Assembly (NCBI GenBank): GCA_035221665.1
Contig: CM069141.1
Location: forward strand, 47,492,001 to 47,556,000
Source of the DNA: Okamejei kenojei
Taxonomy: Eukaryota
Direction: 5' to 3'
DNA: 64,000 bases
The stretch's first letter is position 1. Every line of letters begins with the position of its first letter. Positions 63,181 through 64,000 of this stretch are shown one piece after another. The notes below the pieces were generated by a model that did no database searches, had not been told where the DNA came from, and was given only the letters and a program-made list of their open reading frames with translations. Position numbers and translations under genes: made by a program.

Positions 63181-63755
63181 GTAACTTGTACATTATTATC
63201 CATGTTGTGGAAAATATTTAAGTATAATATTACCCGTTTCAAGTTTAAGCATTTTATTTTGTCCATTGTCATTATTATCCACAACATTCTGTTTAACCAT
63301 GGGTTAGAACCCATGGAATTTACCATTAGGTCCAGCATTCAATAATTTCTCGATTTAAAAGTAACCAAGAAGTAACAAGAAGTAACCAAATATTATTCAT
63401 TTCATTTTTATCATCGACCTATCTCAGAATTTGGTCAACAATCTAGCAGCTGGACCTCAGCTGACAAAATAAAATACAATCATTTAACTTTGAAATATAA
63501 TAGCTTGTGTTGATTGATAGCTGTTGTATTTTGGGGTTTGTGAATGCTATTTATTCACATCAAAATAGATCTGTTACACTTCAGCTTCGTACTAATTCAT
63601 AACATGATTAACAATTCGGAGTGATTTCTAAAGAAAGCTGGAAATAACTCATGCAGACAGCCGGGCAAAAAAGAAGGCCATGAAATGTAATTGACAAATC
63701 AAATTAAAGTCAAATCCCAGGCTCTTAATACGTGCACTAAAAAACAAGATGGTAA

Positions 63756-63981
63756 TGCCCATGTCCCACTTAGGAAATCGGAACAGAAACCTCTCGAGAC
63801 GTTGTGCCCCACCCAAGGTTTCCGTGTGGTTCCCGGAGGTTCCCAGAGGTTTTTTGTCAGTTTCGACCATTAGGAAGACTGAAAAAACCCTCCGGGAGCC
63901 TCCGGGACCGCACGGAAACCTTGGGTGGGGCGCAAAGTCTCCAGAGGTTTCTGTTCAGGTTTCCTAAGTGGGACAGAGGCA
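63756..63981. mobile_element. PIF/Harbinger-type palindromic MITE with TAA target-site duplication
   Basis: TAA/TGCCCATGTCCCACTTAGGAAA ... TTTCCTAAGTGGGACAGAGGCA/TAA; inverted symmetry extends nearly to the centre. Confidence 0.85.
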
Positions 63982-64000
63982 TAACTAGGGAAAAGGTAAG

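Overview
Vertebrate genomic DNA. The repeat content (HE1-type SINE, CR1/HER1-type LINEs, Rex/Babar, Penelope-derived palindromes) points to a cartilaginous fish, probably a skate or ray; this is an inference. The window is part of the variable region of a clustered protocadherin (cPcdh) locus. It holds seven tandem, plus-strand variable exons (signal peptide, EC1-EC6, TM, variable cytoplasmic part), each ending at a phase-0 GT splice donor. Four are intact and exactly 2454 nt (V2, V4, V5, V6). V1 has many lesions, V3 is 5'-truncated and frameshifted, and V7 has two frameshifts. Six exons carry a CTCF-type promoter element (CSE) with an invariant 22-bp core. V4-V6 form a recent tandem triplication of a 7-9 kb unit, with divergence concentrated in EC3. 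No constant exons were recognised. The spacers hold CR1, Rex, RTE and Penelope remnants, short palindromes with hammerhead-ribozyme motifs, Helitron-like elements with G-rich tracts, a Harbinger MITE and two assembly gaps. The core system is known. The most notable local points are an expansion of exons with an alphaC2-like tail and CSE promoters, dead exons that keep perfect CTCF sites and donors, and a possible captured gene fragment. All alignments and counts were done by eye.
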